Source of the DNA: a virus
IMG/VR virus record: IMGVR_UViG_3300021093_000006
Length of the DNA: 64,000 nucleotides
Reading direction: 5' to 3' (one strand)
The notes under the pieces are model-generated. The model saw only the letters and a list, made by a program, of their open reading frames with translations. It did not search any database and was not told where the DNA came from. This document shows, in pieces, positions 1-9,019 of the stretch (its first letter is position 1; each line of letters starts with the position of its first letter). The position numbers were made by a program, and so were the translations under genes.

Positions 1-15
1 TGAGAAGTCCTCTGT
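1..15. repeat. Copy of 15-nt repeat TGAGAAGTCCTCTGT (second copy 792-806); cut by window edge
   Basis: Exact 15-nt match to 792-806; lies right after the stop of ORF 19-423. Confidence 0.8.
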
Positions 16-18
16 TTT

Positions 19-423
19 TTACCCGACCACCTCATATCTATCAGCATACATATAATGTAATTGAAGAACATCACCAATTATAGGTTTATATCCTGCTTTT
101 TTAGACATTTTAACAACATCTTGGTTAATAGTATCCTCCGAATGTGCCGCATAATCGTTTAATGTCTTCAATAACATCATATTACCTCTCATACCAACAA
201 ATTCCACCATTCCCCTACCGTCTTTTATAAGGTTGTCATTATCATCAACTCTCCATATTTGTTTTAGTTTATCACCCACATTAAATGGTGGATTTTGTTT
301 ATTATTACCACCATATAACAAAAGTGCTTCTGTTTCTAATTCCTTTTTTGTTTTTATATTTTTCATATCTTTATATATATTTGCACTTAAAATAACTGTT
401 ATGACCACACTCTCCTTTCTCAA
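19..423 (-). CDS. Hypothetical protein
   Basis: 134-aa ORF from TTG; true start may be the internal MKNIK. Confidence 0.6.
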   Translation of the reverse strand: MRKESVVITVILSANIYKDMKNIKTKKELETEALLLYGGNNKQNPPFNVGDKLKQIWRVDDNDNLIKDGRGMVEFVGMRGNMMLLKTLNDYAAHSEDTINQDVVKMSKKAGYKPIIGDVLQLHYMYADRYEVVG

Positions 424-441
424 TGCAACAACACATGTTAC

Positions 442-590
442 CCCTCTGCACTCAGTTGTAACACTTAAGAGTTAATCTTAATTGTATCACTACAAAACGT
501 CTACCTAAACTCGCCTTTCTAAGTCAAAGAGTTTGCTGTTTTTGGTCTATCTTGTTGTTACAACTGCCTGACTTATGTCAGTTAAGTGCA
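442..590 (-). ncRNA. Unrecognised structured RNA scaffold, copy 1
   Basis: TGCAC/GTGCA outer stem, hairpin CTGAC-ATAA-GTCAG, perfect 10-bp stem CAGTTGTAAC/GTTACAACTG; both flanks match 14001-14324. Confidence 0.65.
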
Positions 591-600
591 TTAGGATTAG

Positions 601-693
601 TAGTCAGGACAGGATTCGAACCTGTATGATAGTAAACCATTCCTTTTATCTATCTGTCTGTTAACTAGCGTCTACCAATTCCGCCACCTGACT
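601..693 (-). tRNA. tRNA-like RNA with non-canonical, enlarged anticodon arm (anticodon undetermined)
   Basis: Acceptor AGTCAGG/CCTGACT+A, D arm GCG-GAATTGGTAGA-CGC, T arm ACAGG-TTCGAAT-CCTGT; no 7-nt anticodon loop, no encoded CCA. Confidence 0.7.
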
Positions 694-755
694 AAAATTC
701 TAATTCTACGCTTACTACTTGTCTTGTCCTATGAATTAGTAACAGTCTTCATTGT

Positions 756-785
756 AGTCAGGATAGAAACAAATCTATCCTGACT
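756..785 (-). other. Perfect 11-bp hairpin sharing the AGTCAGG/CCTGACT acceptor stem of the tRNA-like RNA
   Basis: AGTCAGGATAG-8nt-CTATCCTGACT. Confidence 0.7.
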
Positions 786-786
786 T

Positions 787-806
787 GAGGATGAGAAGTC
801 CTCTGT
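787..806. repeat. GAGGA-7nt-TCCTC hairpin repeat, second copy
   Basis: GAGGATGAGAAGTCCTCTGT; 792-806 identical to 1-15. Confidence 0.75.
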
Positions 807-884
807 GTTGTTTTATTTCATCCTAACTCTCGTTAAGGTCTATTCCTTTCTCAAGGGAACAACATTTTATTCTTTATAACCAAT

Positions 885-897
885 ATGTCAATGAACT
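885..897 (-). promoter_or_regulatory. boxA-like antitermination motif AGTTCATTGACAT
   Basis: Resembles rRNA-leader boxA; related motifs at 15061 and 21997, each ahead of an RNA cluster. Confidence 0.5.
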
Positions 898-909
898 AAT
901 TTTCTTTTA

Positions 910-940
910 CAAAGTTAAAAATAAAAAACCGAATTGTCAA
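910..940 (-). promoter_or_regulatory. Bacteroidota-type promoter (TTGACA ... TAACTTTG) driving the RNA cluster at 442-890
   Basis: TAnnTTTG at 910-917 with TTGACAA about 20 nt upstream. Confidence 0.6.
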
Positions 941-947
941 ATATTTT

Positions 948-1274
948 TTAAAAACCGAATTTATTTTCATCTTCAGTCAAAAAATAACAATCTTTTAATT
1001 CGTAGATTACCCCATTTGTAGACTCAATAAGGATTTGTGGTTGAAGTGCGATGTATCTTTTTTCACCACTTAATACAGGTTTTTCCAAAGTTTTTGTACC
1101 TTTAACGGAATGATCCGCAATATACGACAAAGAATTTTGTGTATCTTCATCGAAAATAAATGATGTATTAACTTTTACTGATTTAACTATACCTTTGGTT
1201 CTACCGTATTTACTCTTATAGATAAATTCTTTACCTACATATAAATCATTAAATGATGTTTGGATTGTCTCCAT
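948..1274 (-). CDS. Hypothetical protein
   Basis: 108-aa ORF in co-directional run. Confidence 0.7.
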   Translation of the reverse strand: METIQTSFNDLYVGKEFIYKSKYGRTKGIVKSVKVNTSFIFDEDTQNSLSYIADHSVKGTKTLEKPVLSGEKRYIALQPQILIESTNGVIYELKDCYFLTEDENKFGF

Positions 1275-1395
1275 TATTTTTTCTATGTTTTAATTTTCTA
1301 CTATATAAATTTTTAGGTGTTTCCGATCTAGAAACAAAACGACCATCAAAAAAACCATCTTCAACTTGTTGTTGACGTATCTGTGTTCTCTTCAT
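1249..1395 (-). CDS. Small basic protein, possible ArfA-like ribosome rescue factor
   Basis: Manual translation MKRTQIRQQQVEDGFFDGRFVSRSETPKNLYSRKLKHRKNNGDNPNII; F..R.E..K...Y.RK.KH pattern. Confidence 0.5.
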   Translation of the reverse strand: MKRTQIRQQQVEDGFFDGRFVSRSETPKNLYSRKLKHRKNNGDNPNII

Positions 1396-1415
1396 TTTAT
1401 GTTGATCATATTTTT

Positions 1416-1613
1416 TCATTTCAAATTACTATAAATTTTAAAAGTCATAAAAAATAAATCTATATATAAGAAATTTTTACTAAAATTAATACTAAATAAT
1501 GAATTATCAAAATATCTGTCAAAAATAAATCCATCGTAGTGAAATAAATGTAGGACGAATCCATTCCAAGTACTCCATTCGCTACAAAAAAATATAATAT
1601 TATTTATTTTCAT
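1416..1613 (-). CDS. Hypothetical protein
   Basis: 65-aa ORF overlapping the upstream stop. Confidence 0.6.
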   Translation of the reverse strand: MKINNIIFFCSEWSTWNGFVLHLFHYDGFIFDRYFDNSLFSINFSKNFLYIDLFFMTFKIYSNLK

Positions 1614-2202
1614 CTTCTACATTTAATTCACATTTAATTTTATTAGATGAATTATCCTTTCTGTGTGTAAAATGTGTATGAGAATCAACTGTCATAGTAT
1701 TTCTATTAGGATTTTTCTTCCACCTTTCGTGTCTTATAACTTGTACCATATCAAACGCCATCCTACAACTATCATCAACAGATGGATGATGAATACCCCA
1801 AGAACCATTACTATTCATAGTTGTATCGTTTATTAAAACATTACGAGGTTGTATCAACATCATATCTACATTATCCCTCAATCTATGATACTTAGAATAA
1901 TCTGTACTTAATTTAACTTCTTTAATTGGTTTCCATTCTTTTTCTTCACACCAATGTCCAGTTTCTTTACTTACAGAACCATTAATTAATGCCTTACCAT
2001 CTTTAATTTCTAATATTTCACCTTGTGACGTTCTATCACCAACTTCAGGATCTTTAACAGGTCTACACACTTCTTCCAAATATCTTTCAAATGTTGGGTG
2101 ATCTTTAATTACAGTAAATTGACCGATACCTACCCTAGAATAAAAATCTAATGCCTGTTGAACCAACCAAAGTTGTTCGTCTGTTAATTCTAATCTATTC
2201 AT
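1600..2202 (-). CDS. Hypothetical protein
   Basis: 200-aa ORF, coupled to neighbours. Confidence 0.75.
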   Translation of the reverse strand: MNRLELTDEQLWLVQQALDFYSRVGIGQFTVIKDHPTFERYLEEVCRPVKDPEVGDRTSQGEILEIKDGKALINGSVSKETGHWCEEKEWKPIKEVKLSTDYSKYHRLRDNVDMMLIQPRNVLINDTTMNSNGSWGIHHPSVDDSCRMAFDMVQVIRHERWKKNPNRNTMTVDSHTHFTHRKDNSSNKIKCELNVEDENK

Positions 2203-2581
2203 CTTTTTTATTTTTTAAATATTGTTTCGTATACTCATATGTGGATTCAAATGAAAAACATATAGGGTTATCATTCTCATCTTTCGCACCATACGCCTTC
2301 ATTGAATCCGCGTCGTGAATTAATTTACCTGATGTATCATATACAGGCAATCTACTCCAATCTCTAGTACCCCAATCACTATCAAACATAAACCAATTAA
2401 TCCAATCAACACCTTCTTCTGTGTAATGTGAAGATAAAATACTATCTAACATCCTAGATACACCTTCTTCTAACTTATATTTACCTTCTAAAAAATCAAA
2501 TCCCATTTGGTATAATTCTGTAAAGTCTTCATTTAACTTTTTGTAAGACATTAATATACTTAAAAATTCTTCGTATGTCAT
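2195..2581 (-). CDS. Hypothetical protein
   Basis: 128-aa ORF, overlapping neighbours. Confidence 0.75.
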   Translation of the reverse strand: MTYEEFLSILMSYKKLNEDFTELYQMGFDFLEGKYKLEEGVSRMLDSILSSHYTEEGVDWINWFMFDSDWGTRDWSRLPVYDTSGKLIHDADSMKAYGAKDENDNPICFSFESTYEYTKQYLKNKKDE

Positions 2582-2868
2582 AATAATTTCGTTTTTAATA
2601 TTATTTTTTCATTACCTTCCTTATTTCTTTCTATGGATTCAATAACTAAACCTTTTAAGTCTTCGTGTATATATTCCATATCCATCCCAACACTAATATA
2701 AGGACCACCAGATGGATCAATCGCATCGTAATTTAAAAAATTACCTTCATCGTCCACATTGAATAGATATCTGTAGTAATCACCACCCTTCATTTCGAAA
2801 GAATCACCTTCCCTAATGAAAAGTATTTCGTTACTGTATCTGTTTATAAATCTATATTCCAATTTCAT
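2578..2868 (-). CDS. Hypothetical protein
   Basis: 96-aa ORF, coupled. Confidence 0.7.
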   Translation of the reverse strand: MKLEYRFINRYSNEILFIREGDSFEMKGGDYYRYLFNVDDEGNFLNYDAIDPSGGPYISVGMDMEYIHEDLKGLVIESIERNKEGNEKIILKTKLL

Positions 2869-3124
2869 TTGTTTTTTCTACTATTTCGTATGTTAATTCA
2901 AAAATATCTGGTTTGCAAGGATAAAATTCGCCTTTAACTCCTTTGATGACATAATCACCCCAAGACAATTCCATTTCACCTTCTAACGTATTAATGAAAT
3001 GTTTTAAATCATTTTCATCGCCGCCTATTATTAAGTTATCACCTAACATTTCATAAACTTGTTCAATGTTATCAGATACCCATTGTACCGCTTCAATTTC
3101 TACTGGTTTTTTTCTATATTTCAT
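2852..3124 (-). CDS. Conserved phage protein (MKYRKKPVEIEAVQW family)
   Basis: Common phage family pattern (KKPV.IEA.QW, INTLEG, GDYVIKGVKGEFYPCKPDIF); start moved to ATG at 3124. Confidence 0.8.
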   Translation of the reverse strand: MKYRKKPVEIEAVQWVSDNIEQVYEMLGDNLIIGGDENDLKHFINTLEGEMELSWGDYVIKGVKGEFYPCKPDIFELTYEIVEKTNEIGI

Positions 3125-3125
3125 T

Positions 3126-3506
3126 TTATCTATTTTTAAATTTTTCATATTCTTCATCACAAAGAGTTCTGTGCCAACCAAGATCTGTTCTTAATTTACC
3201 AGGTTTTCCCGTTTCTTCACATATCTCATAACTCTTTCTTTCTGCCTCAATTATTCTATTAAAGATTTCATCAGTTCCACCATTAATATAAAATCTAAGT
3301 CCACCAAATTTTTCTTTAACTTGACAGGTTTGTTTATCCCAACCTAAAGATATTAAATCTTCAATTAATTCTTTTATCAATTCAAACCAACCATTATTTA
3401 CATCAAAAAAGTTACAATCAGTAATGGGTTGTCTATCCGAATAAAAACCGTTTTCTAATCCCCCAATGGAAACTAAAAATTCATTCATTTGTTCATTAGT
3501 CATCAT
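3126..3506 (-). CDS. Conserved phage hypothetical protein (QVKEKFGGLRFY family)
   Basis: QVKEKFGGLRFY and CEETG..G...LC motifs. Confidence 0.8.
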   Translation of the reverse strand: MMTNEQMNEFLVSIGGLENGFYSDRQPITDCNFFDVNNGWFELIKELIEDLISLGWDKQTCQVKEKFGGLRFYINGGTDEIFNRIIEAERKSYEICEETGKPGKLRTDLGWHRTLCDEEYEKFKNR

Positions 3507-3531
3507 ATTTTTTTATTTAAAGTTAATAATT

Positions 3532-3813
3532 TTATTTATCTTTGTCAAATCCATCTAAATTATCGTATAATCCGTTTTCTTGATCTTTCTTCATCATTTC
3601 AGATAAATAAAATTCTTGATTCTTTTTTAAATCTATACCGTGTTTTATACCAGAGATAAAATCATCTTCCTCCCAACCAAAAGAACCTTCAGACAAGAAA
3701 AGTCCTAAAACAATTCCTATCTCATTCCCTATATCGGAAGAATCTCCATTATCGTATGGTAGGTTAGATAACCTTTCAGAAATTTCTTTACAGACTAATA
3801 AAAAATCACTCAT
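3532..3813 (-). CDS. Hypothetical protein
   Basis: 93-aa ORF. Confidence 0.65.
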   Translation of the reverse strand: MSDFLLVCKEISERLSNLPYDNGDSSDIGNEIGIVLGLFLSEGSFGWEEDDFISGIKHGIDLKKNQEFYLSEMMKKDQENGLYDNLDGFDKDK

Positions 3814-3910
3814 ATCTTAATTAAAATTTCTTCCACAATAAATCATAGAATTAATTTTTTCTTTTTCCAAAAAATTAATATACTTTATTATTTTTTTTAA
3901 TGTTTTCATA

Positions 3911-4171
3911 TTAAACAATTAATTTATCTATTATAATACCCCTATCATTTAATTCTTCAATTAAACATTCTAAAAATGAATCAACACCGTCATATGGGGT
4001 TGGTTTTTCACCTTTTTCTTCCATATCCTCAAATTTATAATATAATTTTTTTTTAGTATTATAAACCATTTCCCACAATACCATTGCCATATCGGTGGAT
4101 TTATTAAATCTTTCGAATTCCATTCTATCATCGAAATCTGTTAAATCAAATTCTAAATTTGCCTTACTCAT
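3911..4171 (-). CDS. Hypothetical protein
   Basis: 86-aa ORF. Confidence 0.7.
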   Translation of the reverse strand: MSKANLEFDLTDFDDRMEFERFNKSTDMAMVLWEMVYNTKKKLYYKFEDMEEKGEKPTPYDGVDSFLECLIEELNDRGIIIDKLIV

Positions 4172-4346
4172 ATATTTTTATTTTGTTTTTTTAATATTTC
4201 TTTATAATGTTGGTAGTTATTTACAACTTCAGACATTTTTTCGGGGTCATTATTTTCTATTATTTCTTCACCCATTTTATCTAAAATCCTTTCAATTTCC
4301 TTAACAATTTCAATTGATTTTTTAATAAAAATACTAATTTTTAATT

Positions 4347-4613
4347 TTAAAGTAAATAACCCGCATCAATTATTTTATATGTCGTTTTTAATATTTCTTT
4401 ACCTTTTTTTTGTTCTTCCAATTTTTTATCTAACTCTATCCTTTCCAATGCGAGAGATTCACTACTAAATGAACCACAAAACATATTTTCCCACCTTATT
4501 TCAGATTTACTTTGTAAAAAACTTCTACGAGTTATTAAATAACCTTTTTGTGGTATATATTTTGTCTCACCATCCTTTAATTCCTCAATTTTAATTCTAT
4601 AGTAACTCATCAC
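4347..4613 (-). CDS. Hypothetical protein
   Basis: 88-aa ORF. Confidence 0.65.
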   Translation of the reverse strand: MMSYYRIKIEELKDGETKYIPQKGYLITRRSFLQSKSEIRWENMFCGSFSSESLALERIELDKKLEEQKKGKEILKTTYKIIDAGYLL

Positions 4614-5157
4614 TTAAAAATTTTAATATCTTTTCTTTTAAACCTAATTGTTTTATTCCTTCATTATACGGTCTTTTACAAAGTACAAAATTATCTAACC
4701 CCCAATCTTTCCATCCTTCACCATTCTTACCTAAATCTAAATCATCAATGGCAACCCAATGAGTTATTTCGGGGTGATCGTGTAGATACTGATTAATTTC
4801 AAGAACTCTAGTTTGTTCTGAATCCCATCTCGGTGACCATATAAATGTGTTACTGTGTGCAGTACAATTTTGTATCATTGGGGTTAAATCAATAGGTTGT
4901 TTAATACCTCTTGTTTCGTACATTTCCTTCATTTGTTCCAATGTACCCCATCTTTTCCAATCAGAACTAATAACTAATTCACAACCAGTTTCTTCAATAA
5001 TATTATTAAGAACTTTAACCGCCTTTTCATCAAAACTATCCATTCTGATATCTAAAGGAGTTTCAGTATTTGAATCATAACCTTTTTTCTTATATCGTCC
5101 ACCCCATTGTTGGGATAAACATATCACTCCATCGTGATCTAAAAATATTACTTTCAT
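4597..5157 (-). CDS. HAD-superfamily phosphatase, Swiss-army-knife RNA-repair type (HAD_SAK_2-like)
   Basis: IFLDHDGV motif I, VISSDWK motif II, WVAIDD motif IV. Confidence 0.8.
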   Translation of the reverse strand: MKVIFLDHDGVICLSQQWGGRYKKKGYDSNTETPLDIRMDSFDEKAVKVLNNIIEETGCELVISSDWKRWGTLEQMKEMYETRGIKQPIDLTPMIQNCTAHSNTFIWSPRWDSEQTRVLEINQYLHDHPEITHWVAIDDLDLGKNGEGWKDWGLDNFVLCKRPYNEGIKQLGLKEKILKFLSDELL

Positions 5158-5158
5158 A

Positions 5159-5596
5159 TTAAACTGTATGTTCTATTTGTACTCTTACACAATCTTGTGG
5201 TAATCTATTTAAGTGTAAGTAATTATTTATGTAACCCATAATGTTGGCACTACCAATTGCGTTTGCCGAATGAGTTACCACCCTAACAACTGGTTTACCA
5301 TCCATCCATTGATTAACCAACCATTTGGCACAATCATATCCAGTTTTTTCGGTGATGTTATCGTAATTAATCGTATAGTTTTTAACTACACCATAATGCC
5401 ATTCCTGCATTGCCGAATCACCTAAATCGTGATCCAATGAAATTAATTCAATATTCTTTAGTCCTAATGAATTTACTTTTTGGACAAATTCTTCATAGGA
5501 ACGTACAACTGTCCATTCCTCAAAACCATCAATCCATTCATTATTAGGACTAACAGGTGTCCTAATGTCATCTAAATATATTCTATACTTATTCAT
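5159..5596 (-). CDS. Cyclic-phosphate-processing receiver-domain protein
   Basis: IYLDDIR, ISLDHDLG, TGYDCAKWL and HSAN motifs. Confidence 0.75.
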   Translation of the reverse strand: MNKYRIYLDDIRTPVSPNNEWIDGFEEWTVVRSYEEFVQKVNSLGLKNIELISLDHDLGDSAMQEWHYGVVKNYTINYDNITEKTGYDCAKWLVNQWMDGKPVVRVVTHSANAIGSANIMGYINNYLHLNRLPQDCVRVQIEHTV

Positions 5597-5901
5597 AAAT
5601 TTATTTTATTATCTAAACAATATTTTATTATATACTCTCTTAAATTAATAATAGATTCTTTAAAATCAACCTTATCAAAATCACCTTCCCACCTTTCAGC
5701 CCTTTTATCATCTTCTAATAATTCAAAACAACTTTTATTAATTTCAGAAATAAGTTGTTTTAAAATTATAGTTTGATCATTTTTTTGTTTATACTCGACA
5801 ACCTCATCTTCTAAATCTTTACAATAATCAATTAATTCAACTACTTCTGGTTCTTCCATAAGTGAATTGTTCGTTTTGAATATTTGATTTATTGATTTCA
5901 T
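5593..5901 (-). CDS. Hypothetical protein, paralog of 34125-34439
   Basis: Shared N-terminus ...PEVxELIDY..LE. Confidence 0.75.
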   Translation of the reverse strand: MKSINQIFKTNNSLMEEPEVVELIDYCKDLEDEVVEYKQKNDQTIILKQLISEINKSCFELLEDDKRAERWEGDFDKVDFKESIINLREYIIKYCLDNKINL

Positions 5902-6590
5902 AAAAATTCTATTTCATTGGTTATCATGTCCCACTCAACATTAACTGGTTTGTTTCTAAATTCATATCTACCATTTAATACTGCCGCATTAATATAATGA
6001 GTGTTACCATCGAATACATAACCATACCCTTCGTGAATATGCCCAAACACATGTATTTTAGGTTTTATTTCTTCCACCACTTTTAATAGTTCCTCACAAC
6101 CAACATTTAAATTATCATAATACACATAATCTAATTTACCGTATGGTGGACCGTGTGTAATTAAAATATCGGTATCACGTGGAATCATATCCCACTTCTC
6201 TTTAATTTTTTCACCTCTAGGTAGATTAAATGCCCAACTACGGAACTCAGGTTGCCAAGGTGAACCATAAATAACTAATTGTTGATCTTCTTGATCCCAA
6301 AGATCAATTCTTTCATCTTGAAGATACTCAACAGTTTTATAACCTGTTAATTTCCCTTTAATATTATCGTGATTATCTTGAAAACCAAAATCGTGATTAC
6401 CCGCAATAAATATTTTGGTATCGTAATTATTTATTTCATCATACCACCTAATAAAATTTTCTATTTCAGTAATATAACCTCTACTAGATATATCACCACT
6501 ACAAATTAGAATATCCCCACCAGTTAGAAAATCTTTTATCTGTAAATGTTTAGTGTGGGTATCACTAATAAATGTAATTTTCTTTTTCAT
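5898..6590 (-). CDS. Calcineurin-like metallophosphoesterase (MPPED-like)
   Basis: SDTH, SGD, AGNHD, ITHGPP and FGHIHE motifs. Confidence 0.9.
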   Translation of the reverse strand: MKKKITFISDTHTKHLQIKDFLTGGDILICSGDISSRGYITEIENFIRWYDEINNYDTKIFIAGNHDFGFQDNHDNIKGKLTGYKTVEYLQDERIDLWDQEDQQLVIYGSPWQPEFRSWAFNLPRGEKIKEKWDMIPRDTDILITHGPPYGKLDYVYYDNLNVGCEELLKVVEEIKPKIHVFGHIHEGYGYVFDGNTHYINAAVLNGRYEFRNKPVNVEWDMITNEIEFL

Positions 6591-6662
6591 ATTCTTCTAA
6601 GTATTAAACATCCGTCAGAATCTAATTTCACCATCATAAAGATTATACCACCCTTATTTTTC

Positions 6663-6827
6663 TTAATTAGTTTCATTTTTAACTTTTTCTAATTCTTCTT
6701 TAAGTAAATCAACTTCATATTCCCATTTTTCCATATCAAATAAATGGTCATTGTATTGACATCTTTTTACATTGAACTGAGCCATGTATAAGTCACGTTC
6801 AATGTCCTCTACTGTTCTTTTATACAT
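6663..6827 (-). CDS. Small hypothetical protein (54 aa)
   Basis: Manual translation MYKRTVEDIERDLYMAQFNV...; fills intergenic gap. Confidence 0.55.
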   Translation of the reverse strand: MYKRTVEDIERDLYMAQFNVKRCQYNDHLFDMEKWEYEVDLLKEELEKVKNETN

Positions 6828-6833
6828 AATATT

Positions 6834-6995
6834 TTAATTAAAAAATCCTCCCCACATTAAAATAGATACATAAATAAAAACGGCAATTAAAACAACCCAA
6901 AAATTATGAGGAGTTCTTTCTTTACCATGTAAATGTGCGGCAGACAATAAACCTAAAGAAAATAATACTAAAATAATGATTTGTGGTGTTCCCAT
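6834..6995 (-). CDS. Small two-TM membrane protein (53 aa)
   Basis: Manual translation MGTPQIIILVLFSLGLLSAAHLHGKER...; TAnnTTTG promoter at 7008-7015. Confidence 0.6.
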   Translation of the reverse strand: MGTPQIIILVLFSLGLLSAAHLHGKERTPHNFWVVLIAVFIYVSILMWGGFFN

Positions 6996-7045
6996 AATGT
7001 TTTTTTACAAAAATAAGAACAATAAATCAAAAAAACAAATATTTT

Positions 7046-9019
7046 TTAAATAGTTTCTAATTTAACTTGTGTAAGACTACTTACTAAACTTTCAGTAAGA
7101 GTTATTTGATATTGGTTCGATGGTTGTATGATTACACTTCTTTTATTGCCACCAAAAGTTATATCTATTTCTTCTTTTTTAATCGGGGGTATAGGGAACT
7201 CTAATTTAAACGGTGATTTCTCACCAGTAGGGTACGTTATTTCACTATCTTTCGCATTTGGGATGAAATCGAATTCTGCGTCTAATTGATCACTTTTTTC
7301 TTTTATACCTAATTTAAAAAATTTATGGATATTTAATTTTAAACTACCCATACCCATCTTTATTATTGTACCTTCATTTTTAACATATATTGTAGAGCTA
7401 AATGGTATGTTTTTTTGTACCAAATTATTTGAATCTAAACTGATGTCTATATCATAACCTAAAATGTTACCGTTTGTTTTTTTAATTACAAATAGTGGTT
7501 GTGACTTTATTGTTGCAACACCAGATAACCCTATTAAACTACTTGAAATATTGTACGTGTATAAATTACTAATAGTTAAAATTACATCATTATCTTTTAT
7601 TTTATCCCAGACAATGTTTAATCTTTCATCTATTAAACTACTATCAACAAAATCCGATACTTTATGTTTAAAAGTTATTGATCCTATATGGTTTAATATT
7701 TTTTGCACTATATTAAAATTAATCATCATTTGAACATTATTAGTTTTTTCAATGACATTGTCCTGTTCATTTATAATTTTAAATATTTTATCACTAAATT
7801 TTTGTTTTATGGAAGATAAATGTCTTTTGTTACTTTCATTTATTTTTGGTGGAGTATTAGAAATTTCTATAAATGAAGAAAATAAAGTGCTTTCGTTTGT
7901 AACTTCAATTTTTTTACTTCCTTTAGTTAAAGAACCGTACAAAATTTTTTCATTTTCAGGAATACTTACATTAAATGACATATATGAAGGTATAGGAATT
8001 TCGTATTCAAAATCTAATTTAATGTATTCATTTAAATCTATCGGTATATCAATGTAATCGCCTTTAGTAATGTGTAAAATATTACTACTACCCATACTTA
8101 ATTTAAAATCAAACATTGAAACTACATCTCCGTATAAAGCATAATCTGTTATTACACAATTAAAAATATTATCTACTAATTCTATTTTTGCTTTACATTC
8201 ACTCTCCACTCTAATTGTCGCAATTCTTTTAACACCATTATTTATGGCAATCTTCATACTTATATATACATTTCCTTGACTTGTACCTTCTTTAGTGACA
8301 CCATATTTTATAGAAAAATCATCTACTTCTAACATAATATCCCAAGATAAAAAATTTGTCCAGTCAAGCACTTTATTTCTAGCGTATCTTTTTGCCTTAC
8401 CCAATAAATCCCACCATTTAGGCTTTTCCTCATCAAATTTAACAAATTCACTCATTATCCAAGCATATTCATGTGGTTTTAAAAAATCAAAAGATTCTTG
8501 CACAATATTACCCATTAATGATAGCATAAAATTAGGATCTGGCGGTGAAGGAGGGGGTGGTAATTTATAAGTTAAATCATCTTCTACAATAGTTATTGAT
8601 GTGTCATTAAGTATACTTATTTTTCTATTCGGATTTTGTTCTTTTTGTTTTTTAGTCTTTTGTTCTTTTTGTTTTTTAGTGTCACAATTTTTTTTATACC
8701 ATAAAAAGTTCTTTGTTGTAAAATCATGCTTTCTTAAATGTTCTATATATGCATCTTCACATTTAATATCCCTAATATATTTTCCATCGGCACAACAATT
8801 GCACATCTTATCTATTTGATCATCTCTTTTTATAAGAGGTGGAAAATTTCCATTACTTTTTTTTAAATTTTTTTGTGTCCAACCCTTTGTACCATAACTT
8901 CTATTATCAGAATATTTAATATCTTTACAATAAATAACATTTAAAATAGAAGATACCATATCCTGATTTTCTAAAATTGTTTTATATTCTCTTAAAATTT
9001 TTTTAATAGTCTTTCTCAT
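7046..9019 (-). CDS. Large hypothetical protein, possibly virion-associated
   Basis: 657 aa; N-terminal IKKILRE motif, Cys cluster, PPPPSPP linker. Confidence 0.7.
   Translation of the reverse strand: MRKTIKKILREYKTILENQDMVSSILNVIYCKDIKYSDNRSYGTKGWTQKNLKKSNGNFPPLIKRDDQIDKMCNCCADGKYIRDIKCEDAYIEHLRKHDFTTKNFLWYKKNCDTKKQKEQKTKKQKEQNPNRKISILNDTSITIVEDDLTYKLPPPPSPPDPNFMLSLMGNIVQESFDFLKPHEYAWIMSEFVKFDEEKPKWWDLLGKAKRYARNKVLDWTNFLSWDIMLEVDDFSIKYGVTKEGTSQGNVYISMKIAINNGVKRIATIRVESECKAKIELVDNIFNCVITDYALYGDVVSMFDFKLSMGSSNILHITKGDYIDIPIDLNEYIKLDFEYEIPIPSYMSFNVSIPENEKILYGSLTKGSKKIEVTNESTLFSSFIEISNTPPKINESNKRHLSSIKQKFSDKIFKIINEQDNVIEKTNNVQMMINFNIVQKILNHIGSITFKHKVSDFVDSSLIDERLNIVWDKIKDNDVILTISNLYTYNISSSLIGLSGVATIKSQPLFVIKKTNGNILGYDIDISLDSNNLVQKNIPFSSTIYVKNEGTIIKMGMGSLKLNIHKFFKLGIKEKSDQLDAEFDFIPNAKDSEITYPTGEKSPFKLEFPIPPIKKEEIDITFGGNKRSVIIQPSNQYQITLTESLVSSLTQVKLETI

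Noticed and set aside
442-600. Canonical twister ribozyme call for the scaffold (UAA-UGCA...UGCA-GAGG, ACAAG)
   Set aside because: The flanks resemble twister L1/P2, but the T1/T2 pseudoknot pairings and short P4 loop are not satisfied, and copy 2 lacks the UAA.
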